Shown here: in pieces, positions 49,132 through 59,343 of the stretch
Layout of the letters: the number at the start of each line of letters is the position of its first letter
Position numbering within the stretch: the stretch's first letter is position 1
DNA from: Candidatus Heimdallarchaeota archaeon
Lineage (GTDB): Archaea; Asgardarchaeota; Heimdallarchaeia; Hodarchaeales; Hodarchaeaceae
Length of the DNA: 64,000 nt
Direction: 5' to 3'
Assembly (NCBI GenBank): GCA_011364965.1
Contig: RDOB01000004.1
Location: 1-64,000, forward strand
The notes under the pieces: generated by a model
Databases searched by the model: none
What the model was told of the DNA's origin: nothing
What the model saw: only the letters and a program-made list of their open reading frames with translations
Position numbers and translations under genes: made by a program

Positions 49132-50580
49132 ATGGCAAGTGTATTAAAACTAATTGCGGGCTTTTTTATATTAATAATTGGATTCCCGATCTTTATTGGA
49201 GGTAGTGCGGTTCTCTTGGTCGTTCCAATCTTTACTGATAATGATGGTTACTTCATGACTAGAAGCATGAATATCCAGCAAGATGGAGTAGCTGCAGTAA
49301 GAATGGATATTCCTCTTGAAGATATTCAAGTTGGGATTCGCATTGATCCTTCAAAATTTGTGACGATAAAAGTGAATGTTCAGGATAACAATTCTACTCC
49401 AGTATTTTTTGGTATAACAACAAGTACATACGCAAGTGAATATCTTAGTTCCATTTCTTATATTCGTATCACGAACTTTAACTACTTTGATGGCTGGGAA
49501 TTTGGTGATGAAGATCCAAGTTTCTCATACACAATAGATTGGCAAGTAATTCAAAATATAACAACATGGGCTAATCCCTTAACTGATCCAGTAACAACAC
49601 CAACATGGATCGTAGGTGGGGAATTAGGAGATTCATTTATTTGGGAACCTAGTGTTTCAGATCTTGAACAAGGAACACTTTCTTTGATCATTATTGGAGA
49701 AGTAGGTACTACTACAGTAGATAGCTGGGTGAGTATAACTTTCAGTCTAGGAGCAAAAGTACCAATCATTAATGCAATTGGTTGGTTCCTTCTTGTTTTC
49801 GGAGGATTAATCACCATTTTTGGTATTATTGTCGTTTGGAGTGGATTAAGAACAACTCACCGCCGATCAGAACGTGTACGATATTATCAAGGAGCTCCAA
49901 CAAGGCGAGTTGAACCAGTGCAAAGAGCTCCAGCTACTTATCAATTGCAGTGCTCTAATTGCGGATCCTTAAACGAAGCGGATTCTTCTTTCTGTTCACA
50001 ATGCGGAGAGGTACTGTTATCTGAAGATATGAAAACTGTAGGTGCTGTAACGGAGAAAAAGGCTCTAGAAATGGTTGAACCATCATCTGATCGTCTTATT
50101 ATTGCAGATTGGTGGTCTCGTTTTTGGGCATTCCTTATTGATTACTTCATTGTAAGTACTGTGTCTAGCACTATCAGTTCTTTATTTGTTTTTGCTTTTG
50201 GCAATTGGACCTGGTATTCTTCTGGAATTTGGAATCCAATCCCCTGGGTTTTCAATTTTGGACCATTTTCAATTTTCTTCTTCCTGTACTTCTTATTAAT
50301 GGAATATTATTATGGTCAAACCCTTGGAAAAATGGTTCTAAATTTGGAAACTGTTTCGCAAACAACTGGTCAAAGACCTACAATTCAGGAATTCGCTATT
50401 TCGGCAGCAGGAAAAGCATTCTTCTTGCCTTTTGACTGCATAATTGGGGTATTAGCTAAGCCTAAAGACCAAATTCCAGATTTGAATCAAAGATTTTCAC
50501 AACAGTTAGCAAAAACGGTTGTTATTAGACAACAAAAGGAAAAAGATGAGAAAGTACAATTTATATCTTCTAAATTCTAA
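49132..50580 (+). CDS. Membrane protein with zinc ribbon and C-terminal RDD domain
   Basis: Two TM helices flanking an exported domain; CSNCG...FCSQCG; RDD signature W.SRFWAFLID...GQTLGK...QR....AKT.V. Confidence 0.8.
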   Translation: MASVLKLIAGFFILIIGFPIFIGGSAVLLVVPIFTDNDGYFMTRSMNIQQDGVAAVRMDIPLEDIQVGIRIDPSKFVTIKVNVQDNNSTPVFFGITTSTYASEYLSSISYIRITNFNYFDGWEFGDEDPSFSYTIDWQVIQNITTWANPLTDPVTTPTWIVGGELGDSFIWEPSVSDLEQGTLSLIIIGEVGTTTVDSWVSITFSLGAKVPIINAIGWFLLVFGGLITIFGIIVVWSGLRTTHRRSERVRYYQGAPTRRVEPVQRAPATYQLQCSNCGSLNEADSSFCSQCGEVLLSEDMKTVGAVTEKKALEMVEPSSDRLIIADWWSRFWAFLIDYFIVSTVSSTISSLFVFAFGNWTWYSSGIWNPIPWVFNFGPFSIFFFLYFLLMEYYYGQTLGKMVLNLETVSQTTGQRPTIQEFAISAAGKAFFLPFDCIIGVLAKPKDQIPDLNQRFSQQLAKTVVIRQQKEKDEKVQFISSKF

Positions 50581-50626
50581 TCTCTCTTTTTCTCTCTTTT
50601 TTTTAAATTTAATAACCCTAATACTT

Positions 50627-51109
50627 CTAAGAGTCACTTATTAAGGCTTCCCGTGATTCTTGCAATACTCTATGATAATCATCGAAGGTTAATAAAGATT
50701 TTGCTTCTTCATATGTTACCCAACGATAATTAACATGTTCTTTCGAAAGATTGATGTCTTTTGAGTGGAACTGAACTAAGAAAAAAACAACCTTTTTCAC
50801 AATTGTCTTGGAACCTCTCTTGGGAAAATAAATAGAATCACTTATCAACCGTTTTAGGAGAGTGAAGTTTTTTTGCCCTGTTTCTTCTTGAATTTCTCGA
50901 ATAGCTGTCTGTTCATATGTTTCTCCCTCTACTTGTCTTCCTTTAGGGAAAGCCCAGTACTGAAAAGGACCATTGTGAAGTACGAGTAAAAATAAGGGAT
51001 TAGCTCGATTTTTTTCGAAATAAATGGGAACACCGCCACAAGAAACCTCGTCAAATTCTTTTTTTGGTTTCATTCCGCGTTTTATTCGAACCACTTTCGA
51101 TTTCCTCAA
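50627..51109 (-). CDS. Nudix hydrolase (Ap4A hydrolase-like)
   Basis: WAFPKG...GET..QTAIREIQEETG Nudix box; LSKEH..Y.W. Confidence 0.9.
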   Translation of the reverse strand: MRKSKVVRIKRGMKPKKEFDEVSCGGVPIYFEKNRANPLFLLVLHNGPFQYWAFPKGRQVEGETYEQTAIREIQEETGQKNFTLLKRLISDSIYFPKRGSKTIVKKVVFFLVQFHSKDINLSKEHVNYRWVTYEEAKSLLTFDDYHRVLQESREALISDS

Positions 51110-51294
51110 TTTTTTATAGGTAAATTTTCTTCTCCAGCATATAATGTATATTAGCTCATTTTTATTTATATGCTATCAAAAAGATTTCAGAAATCAAAAT
51201 AAAAAGTATTGGATAGGATATTCCGAACCTTTTCCATGGAATTCATCTTTGAGATTTTATTTCCTCTAATCCAAAAACTTATCTAAATATCACA

Positions 51295-52239
51295 ATGAGG
51301 AGGTTTTACTGTAGTGAAAAGGAAGGTGAAAGTGTTTTGGGAGAAAATGACATAATTGGACAATTTCGAGTAGTTTTAAAGCAGGAATATCCCTCCAGTA
51401 ATATCAGAAACACACATGGAACTCTGAAACTTGAGAAAAAAGCTATTCACTTTATTCCACATACCAATGAAGAAAGTTATGAAAGAATATATGAAATGAA
51501 TGATCTTAACTCTGCGAATGTTAATATTAATCGTGAATGGATGCGTAAAAAGAAAACAGTGGAGTTGAAATTTATAAAGAAGCAAGTATCAGTTACAATA
51601 GATATTGAACCCATAGATGTTTCTCCAGAATTCCTTTTACAAGAGATAATTCGATATCGTGATGAAATAAGAAGGAATTCACCAGCTGGAATTTTTGGGT
51701 CTTTGATAGAAAAAATTGGAATCGAAGGACAGAAAATAGTCAAAGAAGTTGGCGCTGTCATTCAATCTTCGACTCAAGATTTAAGTCATGCAATTGATCA
51801 ATCAATTCAATTCATTAGAGAAGCCACTAGAGCATCAAATATACTTGAATCAATTGAAATTAAGGGGGATGATAAAACAATAAATTTAGACACTTCTGAC
51901 ATTGATGAGATTTTAAAAAGGTCTCTTGCTTCTGATAAAATAGAAGCCATGATTGCAGGATTAATAGCAAAAGGATTACTTTCTGCTAAAGATCAAAAGT
52001 TCGATGAAGCATTAGAAGCGCTTAAAATTGCCCAAGAAGCTGCTAAAAAGGAGAATATGACCGAATATTCAGATGTCGCTAAAGAAAATATTAACCAAAT
52101 AGAGGCAGCAGAATCTCGCTTTGATGGTTTAGATCCAAACTTAGGAGAAAAAGCAGCAAAATATGCCAAAGAAGCAAGAGATATTGTTGCAGAATGGGAA
52201 AAATCTAAAAAGGAAGGAGAAGAAAATTCCACACCATAA
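51295..52239 (+). CDS. Hypothetical protein: possible PH/GRAM-like N-terminal domain plus helical C-terminus
   Basis: GTLKL....IHF......I....L....V......VEL.F pattern followed by a helix. Confidence 0.5.
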   Translation: MRRFYCSEKEGESVLGENDIIGQFRVVLKQEYPSSNIRNTHGTLKLEKKAIHFIPHTNEESYERIYEMNDLNSANVNINREWMRKKKTVELKFIKKQVSVTIDIEPIDVSPEFLLQEIIRYRDEIRRNSPAGIFGSLIEKIGIEGQKIVKEVGAVIQSSTQDLSHAIDQSIQFIREATRASNILESIEIKGDDKTINLDTSDIDEILKRSLASDKIEAMIAGLIAKGLLSAKDQKFDEALEALKIAQEAAKKENMTEYSDVAKENINQIEAAESRFDGLDPNLGEKAAKYAKEARDIVAEWEKSKKEGEENSTP

Positions 52240-52240
52240 T

Positions 52241-53356
52241 TTGGATAGAGTACTTTTTTTTTTACTTCTTTTTTCTTCTTCAATAAATTTGCTACATCTA
52301 CCTTCTCATGCTGAATTTGATTGTGTGGGAGCATCAGTTCAAAAATTTAATTTTAAATTCAATGCTTCAAATGCCTATGAAACTATAAAAAAGCAAGTCA
52401 ATTATGGAGCAAGATATCCAGGGTCTCTTGGAATAGAAAAAACCAGGAAATTAATAGCCAATGAGCTTCAGTCGAGCATTAATTGGGATATCAATTTTCA
52501 AAACTTTACTAAAAAGTGGAACGAGGAGGATGTAAAATTAGTGAATATTATCTGCCAACCTCCAAATTTTGATGTATCAACACCTAATTTTCTGTTAATG
52601 GCGCATTATGACACTCGTTTATGGGCAACAAGTGATCCTGATCCAGAGAGAAGAAGAGACTCTGTTCCTGGTGCTAATGATGGGGCATCTGGAGTGGGAA
52701 TATTATTAGAACTCGGCAAAGTTTTAGTTGAATATGGTATCACAAATTTTCGTCTAATTTTTTTTGATGCTGAGGATCAGGGTGGGATATTAGGGTGGGA
52801 TTGGCTTGTAGGATCACGTTATTATGTATCATCTAAGGACTCTGAACTTCAAGATATTTCATGGGCAATCCTTCTTGACATGGTAGGGGCTATAAATGCA
52901 ACTTTCAAAAGGGAAAGAAATTCCGATATGTACGCGAAGGTTCTTCTAGATCAAATCTGGGATGAGGCAGCAAATCTTAATTATAGTAATTATTTCATTA
53001 ATGAATCATGGAAAACTATACTAGATGATCATGTACCTTTTTTACAAGCTGGTATTCCTGCAATTGATATAATCGATGATTTTTCTTCTCGTTACAACCC
53101 TTGGCATACAACTTATGATAATCTTACTTATATCGATGTTGATACATTAGAAGCAGTTGGCTACACTTTAGAGAGTGCGCTACAAAAGTTGGTACAATCA
53201 ACAGATTGGATGAATGGTCTCACGAGGTTCAATTATGTTTCCAAATTTACTATAACAGTTGTACTTGGGAGTATTATAATGATATCACTAATTGTTCGAT
53301 CTTCTGGGAAAGATGCAAGGAAGATTGGTAAAAGTAATAAGATCAATAACTCCTAA
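52241..53356 (+). CDS. M28-family peptidase / glutaminyl cyclase-like, exported and membrane-anchored
   Basis: AHYDTR, GANDGASG, FFDAED, GSR, LDMVG, DDH.PF, WHT..D. Signal peptide follows TTG 52241; C-terminal TM helix. Confidence 0.88.
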   Translation: MDRVLFFLLLFSSSINLLHLPSHAEFDCVGASVQKFNFKFNASNAYETIKKQVNYGARYPGSLGIEKTRKLIANELQSSINWDINFQNFTKKWNEEDVKLVNIICQPPNFDVSTPNFLLMAHYDTRLWATSDPDPERRRDSVPGANDGASGVGILLELGKVLVEYGITNFRLIFFDAEDQGGILGWDWLVGSRYYVSSKDSELQDISWAILLDMVGAINATFKRERNSDMYAKVLLDQIWDEAANLNYSNYFINESWKTILDDHVPFLQAGIPAIDIIDDFSSRYNPWHTTYDNLTYIDVDTLEAVGYTLESALQKLVQSTDWMNGLTRFNYVSKFTITVVLGSIIMISLIVRSSGKDARKIGKSNKINNS

Positions 53357-53568
53357 AACCGATACTTTTCTCCAAAATTTAGTTCAATTAAAAATTCATT
53401 TTGTAAGGACAAACAAAGTATTTATTTTATCACCTCAAGTGAGTTAAAATGAAACTAGTGGAAAAAATATAAAATCATTTGCATATCAAACCTATATTAT
53501 TCAGCCATAACTCTCTTAATAGAAAAATAAATTCACCTAGATAAACTAAGGAAATTGTAATTGGATAG

Positions 53569-54054
53569 ATGACGATTATGAATTCAATAAAAGAATTAGG
53601 GTCAAAATTAACTTTTCGTCCATTAACAGTTGACGATGTAAGTACAATTATCGACATCGATGAAAAAATCGTACGTAGAAAAAGATCAGAGGATTTTAGA
53701 ACCCAATTAACTGAGCAGATAGAAAAACATGGTGATGAAAGCTTTGGTGCTATCTCTCCATCGGGTCAATTAATTGGATATTTACTTGCAGAGACAAAAG
53801 TTTACATTTATGGATCTGATGATATCAGTGCATGGATTATTCTACTGGGAATAAATCCTGATTTTCAGGACCAAGGCGTAGGGACAGCATTAGCTAAACA
53901 AGCTATTACTCACTTCTCACAAAAGGGGATTAGTACCATTAGAACTATCACAGCATGGGATTGGGGTGATCTAGTTGAATTCTTCAGTTCGGTCGGTTTC
54001 AAACTCTCTGATTATTTAACATTGGAATTGAATATTGGACAAAAAACCCGTTAG
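53569..54054 (+). CDS. GNAT-family N-acetyltransferase
   Basis: LGINPDFQDQGVG..L acetyl-CoA binding motif; FFSSVGF. Confidence 0.88.
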   Translation: MTIMNSIKELGSKLTFRPLTVDDVSTIIDIDEKIVRRKRSEDFRTQLTEQIEKHGDESFGAISPSGQLIGYLLAETKVYIYGSDDISAWIILLGINPDFQDQGVGTALAKQAITHFSQKGISTIRTITAWDWGDLVEFFSSVGFKLSDYLTLELNIGQKTR

Positions 54055-54065
54055 GAGCAGATAAA

Positions 54066-54212
54066 ATGACTGAACAATATTCAAGATCAAAATTTGAAGT
54101 TTACGGGGAAGAGATGCTCGAGAAAGAAGTTAAGAAAAGTGGGAACAGTGGTAGAGTATATTTACCTCCTTCGTGGATAGGTAAGAGAGTAAAGATAATA
54201 AGAATGGACTAA
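54066..54212 (+). CDS. DUF2080-like small protein (48 aa, absent from the ORF track)
   Basis: MTEQYSRSKFEVYGEEMLEKEVKKSGNSGRVYLPPSWIGKRVKIIRMD; SD AGGAG overlapping the GNAT stop. Confidence 0.85.
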   Translation: MTEQYSRSKFEVYGEEMLEKEVKKSGNSGRVYLPPSWIGKRVKIIRMD

Positions 54213-54230
54213 AATCAAATACCTCTTCTG

Positions 54231-55544
54231 TTATTGCGAACTATCTTCAGATTGCTGCTCTAGTGCTTTCCTTGCTTCTTCATCCTTCTTCTTACCTAAA
54301 AGAAGTTGGGCATTATCCCTCAATTCGGAAACCATGACCCCCGACTCTTTATAAAGACTGTTTATTTGGTCTAATTCAAAAAAGAGATCATTTTCAAGCC
54401 ATTTATGTTTTCGATACTTATAAAGGGAAATGTTGGCAATACGATTTTCGATTTCAGGGAGTTCGAGCATCATAGATGAAATTTCTTCAGACCTCATATT
54501 ACGAAGTTTGGAAAAGGATTCTTCAACAAAAACCTTACAACTTGCCAATTCAGCCTTAATATTTTCGAGTTCTCCTTTATAATTATCAATAATTGGTAAT
54601 TTTATTTCCATCACTTTTTTAGTTATCTCAGGATTGTCAACATTGAATAAAAAGTTGTCATAGTATTTTATAGCGATCTGAGGATCCCCTGCTGCTGCTT
54701 TTTCAATTTCAGAGATCACCACGCTTGAAGAGTATTGTTTTAACGCCCAGATTGCTTTTGCTTGAACTTCAACAACCATATCCTTTGAGGCTTCCAATAG
54801 CGGGATAACGGATTCATAGTGTTTGATCTTCCCCATAGCCTCTGCGGCGTTTGCTCTGGTATCCTTATCTTTGTTTTTCAACATTTTTAGTAGGATCCCA
54901 CTAGCTTTGGAATCTTGTAATTCCCCAAGGCTCCAGCACATTGCTCTTCTTGCATATTCATCTTTTTCGATCTCCAGAGTAGAAATCAAAGGTTCAATGG
55001 CATCTTTGATTTTAATTTTACCTAAAGCAGTCGCAGCATTCTCTCTTATTTCGCTACTTCCTTGGTCCTTTAAAGCTGCTATCAAACCAGGACCAGCAGA
55101 AACCGCGATAGACCCCATTTCACCAAACTGCTTTGCTACCATTGCGCGAAAATCAGGGTCTTTATCTTCCTTCAAAAACTTGAGTAATGAATTTATAGAG
55201 TTAGGACTTGCTATTTCGCCAAGAGCTTCCAAGGCGCCAAATCTGACAGTCCAATAGTCAACTTCAGGATTCAAAGCAGCCAATATTCTTGGAAGAGCCA
55301 TTTGTGGTACTTTTTTACCCAAACTTACCAATTGATGCACCGCAGACGCACGAATAAGTAGTTGGTGACTTTCTAATGCTCTAATCATCACATCACATAG
55401 CGCATCATCAGGTAATTCTTGATCATCAGGAATATCCATGATTTTCCGAATAGCAGGATCTATTGGTTCTTTATCTTCTGACATATACATCCCATATTTC
55501 AGGAAAAGGTTTTTCTTCAATATTTTTCTTAGAAACTCATCCAA
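54231..55544 (-). CDS. HEAT-repeat (PBS lyase-like) protein with C-terminal coiled region
   Basis: Repeated 'R..AA.ALG.I....A..PL...L.D' units. The true start is probably at one of the downstream Met codons. Confidence 0.85.
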   Translation of the reverse strand: MDEFLRKILKKNLFLKYGMYMSEDKEPIDPAIRKIMDIPDDQELPDDALCDVMIRALESHQLLIRASAVHQLVSLGKKVPQMALPRILAALNPEVDYWTVRFGALEALGEIASPNSINSLLKFLKEDKDPDFRAMVAKQFGEMGSIAVSAGPGLIAALKDQGSSEIRENAATALGKIKIKDAIEPLISTLEIEKDEYARRAMCWSLGELQDSKASGILLKMLKNKDKDTRANAAEAMGKIKHYESVIPLLEASKDMVVEVQAKAIWALKQYSSSVVISEIEKAAAGDPQIAIKYYDNFLFNVDNPEITKKVMEIKLPIIDNYKGELENIKAELASCKVFVEESFSKLRNMRSEEISSMMLELPEIENRIANISLYKYRKHKWLENDLFFELDQINSLYKESGVMVSELRDNAQLLLGKKKDEEARKALEQQSEDSSQ

Positions 55545-56028
55545 TACGAACTTCTACAATTTGCTGTTTTGTCCTTAATTTTGAGGAGAGAAATCGTCCT
55601 TCTGTAGAGGAAACTTCAAGCATTAATGGATTATTTGACCATGAACACTTTATTGAAGCTCCTTCAAATGAATGATCTGTAAATTCGGGATTTCCACGAA
55701 TAATCACCGGTTCTTGAAATTTATAACCATCCTCTCCTTCAATTATTCTCAAAGAAAATACAGATAAAGCTATTCCTCGTTTCATCATGCTAGAAACGTT
55801 TTCTTCAATCTCAATGGCCTGATTTTCTGCATTCCATGAAATTCGTGCACGAATCCGTCTTGGTTCAGGTTGCTCAATATTGATGAAACGCATTCCAGTT
55901 ATGAAAAATCCTGTTCTATTTCTGCCGTCCTCATCTTTCAGTCCTTTTACATTTAAATGACTCTCAAGGCCAATAATTGGGAATAATTCAATTTTCTTTA
56001 TCTCATCTATCCGGGTCATATTCATCAC
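55537..56028 (-). CDS. Hypothetical beta-rich protein
   Basis: 163-aa ORF lying between two co-oriented genes. Confidence 0.6.
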   Translation of the reverse strand: MMNMTRIDEIKKIELFPIIGLESHLNVKGLKDEDGRNRTGFFITGMRFINIEQPEPRRIRARISWNAENQAIEIEENVSSMMKRGIALSVFSLRIIEGEDGYKFQEPVIIRGNPEFTDHSFEGASIKCSWSNNPLMLEVSSTEGRFLSSKLRTKQQIVEVRIG

Positions 56029-56033
56029 ATAAA

Positions 56034-57218
56034 TTAATAATTCAAAGTTTTCATGTAATTTTCTACAAGATCTAGAGCTTTTTCCATCGTTTCAATATCA
56101 GGTAACAAAACAGAGCGGAAATGACCATTACCTAGTTCTCCAAATCCACTTCCGAACACAAATAATACGCCTGTCGATTTTAACAAATCGATTACAAATT
56201 CCCTATCACCGATATCTTTTTTTATTAGTGGAAAGGCATAGAATGCTCCTTTAGGAGGAATAACAGACAAATCATCCATTTCATTTATCCTTTTAGAGAA
56301 ATAGGCTGATCTTTCCCTTAGTTTTTTAATCACAGGAGTTAAGTAATCACTTTCTTTATTCAGGATTTTACTTACAGCTACCTGAATAGGGGAGCTCGCG
56401 CATAATCGAATCCGCGATTGCTTCGCAAGAGCTTCCCAAAATGCATCATATTTTCCAGTATTATCTCTAAGTATTGCCCACCCTAACCTCCATCCTGGTG
56501 ATATCAATGTCTTTGAGATACCATTAAGCTCTAGTACGGGAACATCAGTAAGGGAAGTAGTAGATTTGAAACTTCCCTTGTCAAAAGTTAATAGATCATA
56601 TATCTCATCGGAAATGATAAGAAGGTTATATTCTCCCGCAATATCTGTAATTTTCTTAACTGTGTTTGGGGAGTAAACTGCACCTGTTGGATTGTTGGGA
56701 TTAATGATTACAATAGCTTGTGTTTTGGGTGTGATTTTTCTACGAATATCCTCTACATCTGGTTGCCAATTTTCGTTTTCTATAGTCCTATATTGAATAG
56801 GGGTAATATCATTGAAAGTAAAATAAGAAAGATAAGAGGGATATAATGGTGAAGGGACTAGAATTTCCGTACCTGGAGCAAGGGCTGATCCAATGAAGGA
56901 TATCGCTTCAGATACTCCTGTAGTAACTAAAACCTGATTTAGATCCAAATCTGTCCCCCAAAGTCGTTTCTGGCGATTAATAATTTCCTGTCGAAGTTGA
57001 GAATCGCCGGCAGAATCACTATAATAGTTGGCTTTATCGTGAGTTATTGCCTCTATTAGAGCCTCTTTCAGAAAATCGGGGGTATCAAAGTCAAATTTAT
57101 TGGGATCACCAATATTGAAATAGTAGAGCTTTTTTCCTTGTTTTTCTACTTCTTTGGCAGTAATTACAATATCTCTAATTGCATATTTAATACGTTGAAC
57201 GTTGGGGGACAATTCCAC
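56034..57218 (-). CDS. Aminotransferase class I (alanine aminotransferase-like)
   Basis: YAIR, NIGDP, TTGVSE, INPNNPTG, SDEIY, NGISK....PGWRLG, GSGFG. Confidence 0.9.
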   Translation of the reverse strand: MELSPNVQRIKYAIRDIVITAKEVEKQGKKLYYFNIGDPNKFDFDTPDFLKEALIEAITHDKANYYSDSAGDSQLRQEIINRQKRLWGTDLDLNQVLVTTGVSEAISFIGSALAPGTEILVPSPLYPSYLSYFTFNDITPIQYRTIENENWQPDVEDIRRKITPKTQAIVIINPNNPTGAVYSPNTVKKITDIAGEYNLLIISDEIYDLLTFDKGSFKSTTSLTDVPVLELNGISKTLISPGWRLGWAILRDNTGKYDAFWEALAKQSRIRLCASSPIQVAVSKILNKESDYLTPVIKKLRERSAYFSKRINEMDDLSVIPPKGAFYAFPLIKKDIGDREFVIDLLKSTGVLFVFGSGFGELGNGHFRSVLLPDIETMEKALDLVENYMKTLNY

Positions 57219-57635
57219 TTTAATTTACCTTCTTATCTTGCCAACAAGTTGTGAAAAGCTAGTCTGATTTATTATTTTACCTCAATGAAAGCTGAGGAAG
57301 GATTAACAACACCTTTTAATCATCTTTTACTTAAACTTTTGCGTTTTGATCTAAACATAGGCAGCAAACTATCATGCTTCAATTGATGATAATTCTCAGA
57401 AATGAAATCATTGACATTATGACCCCCTCCTATCCTCAATATTGTAATTTAAGATAAATGGATTTGTGCATATAACAAAAAATCTTCAAATCCCAGATTA
57501 ATATGCAAAACTTTTTGAAAAACTGAAAATACTTAATATCAATCCAAAATAAATTGAATAGATTCATATTGAACTTGAATCGTTTTTTTAATTGAAAAAA
57601 TAGCATTTGGTACAAGTAAAAGAAGGCAGGATTTC

Positions 57636-58325
57636 ATGAGTACAGATGTTGAATCACTTTCCGTTCTTATAGGTTCGATTGTTGATCTAGGAGCAAAAAT
57701 TTGTGTATTAAGTGACATCTCAGGATTACCAATAGTAACTAGGTCTAAAATTGACGTTGAAGACGTTGAAATAGCACTCAGTGCTCTCAGTAGCATCGTA
57801 ATTTCAACAGGAGACACAATCGCACGAGAATTAGATGGAAACTTTGCGAATATGACCGTCCGTACAACTGGAGGTCTTCTTCTTTCAATTGTTATTGATT
57901 CCATCCCAAAAGTAGTGTTAACTGCAATAGTTGATGAAAATCTGGAAACCACCATTATTCACGAGATGAAACGAGTTCAACCTATTATTTCAAATGCTAT
58001 TGAAGGGATTGCTGTAGAGATAAGAGAAAGAGAAAAATTCCAGGGGACAGATGACCGAAAAATCAATGCATTCTTTGATTCATTTGCTCATAAAATCAAA
58101 CAAGCAGTCACAGCGAATGACATAGTCAGTATCATTAGAGCAGCAAAGGATGATCTATTCACACTGGTTAATTCAGGAACTATCTCTTATGAAATGAACC
58201 AGTTCGCATTAAAACTAGAGAAATTAACAAGAAATAAAACGGTTTCTCCAGAAGCACTATTAAAGATAAAAGAGGGTATTCTAACATCAATTACGGATTG
58301 GAAAAAAAGATTAACGACACAATAA
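57636..58325 (+). CDS. Roadblock-domain protein with C-terminal helical bundle
   Basis: CVLSDISGLPI......SALSS...G..I..EL.G roadblock pattern, then about 90 aa of helices. Confidence 0.75.
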   Translation: MSTDVESLSVLIGSIVDLGAKICVLSDISGLPIVTRSKIDVEDVEIALSALSSIVISTGDTIARELDGNFANMTVRTTGGLLLSIVIDSIPKVVLTAIVDENLETTIIHEMKRVQPIISNAIEGIAVEIREREKFQGTDDRKINAFFDSFAHKIKQAVTANDIVSIIRAAKDDLFTLVNSGTISYEMNQFALKLEKLTRNKTVSPEALLKIKEGILTSITDWKKRLTTQ

Positions 58326-59343
58326 TTACCTTAAAAGTCAGAGAGCTACTATTATAGAGACTAGAAAAAAAATTTTTTCATATGTATAAAAATGAGTTGC
58401 TAATTCTATATGGATCTTTAACTAGTGAATAATCTTCAGATTAGCATTAGACCTATAATAGCATAAGTCAGGAGTACTTCAACATGAAAGTTGACTAACA
58501 TTAATGAGTTGGTATCCGCGCAAAATGAAAAACAAAATTGATAATGTTCCAAGCAGGTTTTTAACTTCTTCAATCCATATTTATGACACAATCAATTATG
58601 AGATGCTACTCACACGCTCAACAAACAGGAAAGTAAAACCGCTGGAATAACTCTATTTTTAGAAAAAACGGTTTTTTTTGTATCATAATCTTTATATAAT
58701 AAGATGATATTTATTTGAATGAAGAAAGGAAAGGTTCCTGTTTGTTAATCTTGCTTTTATGCTCATAGCAAACCGCCATTCCTTTCACCCTTTTCTCCAA
58801 GATGATTCTTCTTTTTCCTAGTCTGTTTATATGATTCCACATTTGTTTATGGATTTTCCGCCATTTTTGGCCACCGCCATTTTTATGATGGAAGAAAATA
58901 ATATGGAACTTTATCATCTCTACTCTTTATAGATTGATGGTTAGTCATTCCCACCACTAGGATAATCCGATTTACCAACAAACCAAAACCTTTTTTGTCG
59001 GCTTCTTTAATGACTTTTCTGATTTAATTAGCCTTTTTATAATTTGAAAACTCGACAAAAATAATCATTGTCAGTGTATTTCAATCTTCCATGATTTATA
59101 CGTTTTTATTGCACCCAAGCTGATAAGTTCCTTTTATTGGAATCGTTGCTAAAATATGTTTCACCTGATCGAGCTTTGATAGAAAATTTTGCGTTAAAAG
59201 TAGTTAATTGACGTTGATAAAGATCCTAAATCCTGAAAGGTAATATTTACGAATCCTGTTCAGCTTTCTCTTAATGACATAAGTGATAAGTAATTACTGT
59301 AAATCTAATTTTTCCAATGACGGTAAGGAGGGAAAAAACAAAG

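Noticed and set aside
52163-52240. 77-nt overlap between the 314-aa gene and the M28 peptidase
   Set aside because: An in-frame TTG at 52241 directly precedes the signal peptide and removes the overlap.
54066-54212. Mobile element implied by the DUF2080 'transposon-associated' label
   Set aside because: No transposase, terminal inverted repeats or target-site duplication seen nearby.
58711-58917. 68-aa ORF as a real gene
   Set aside because: No recognisable motif or clear SD; left uncalled.
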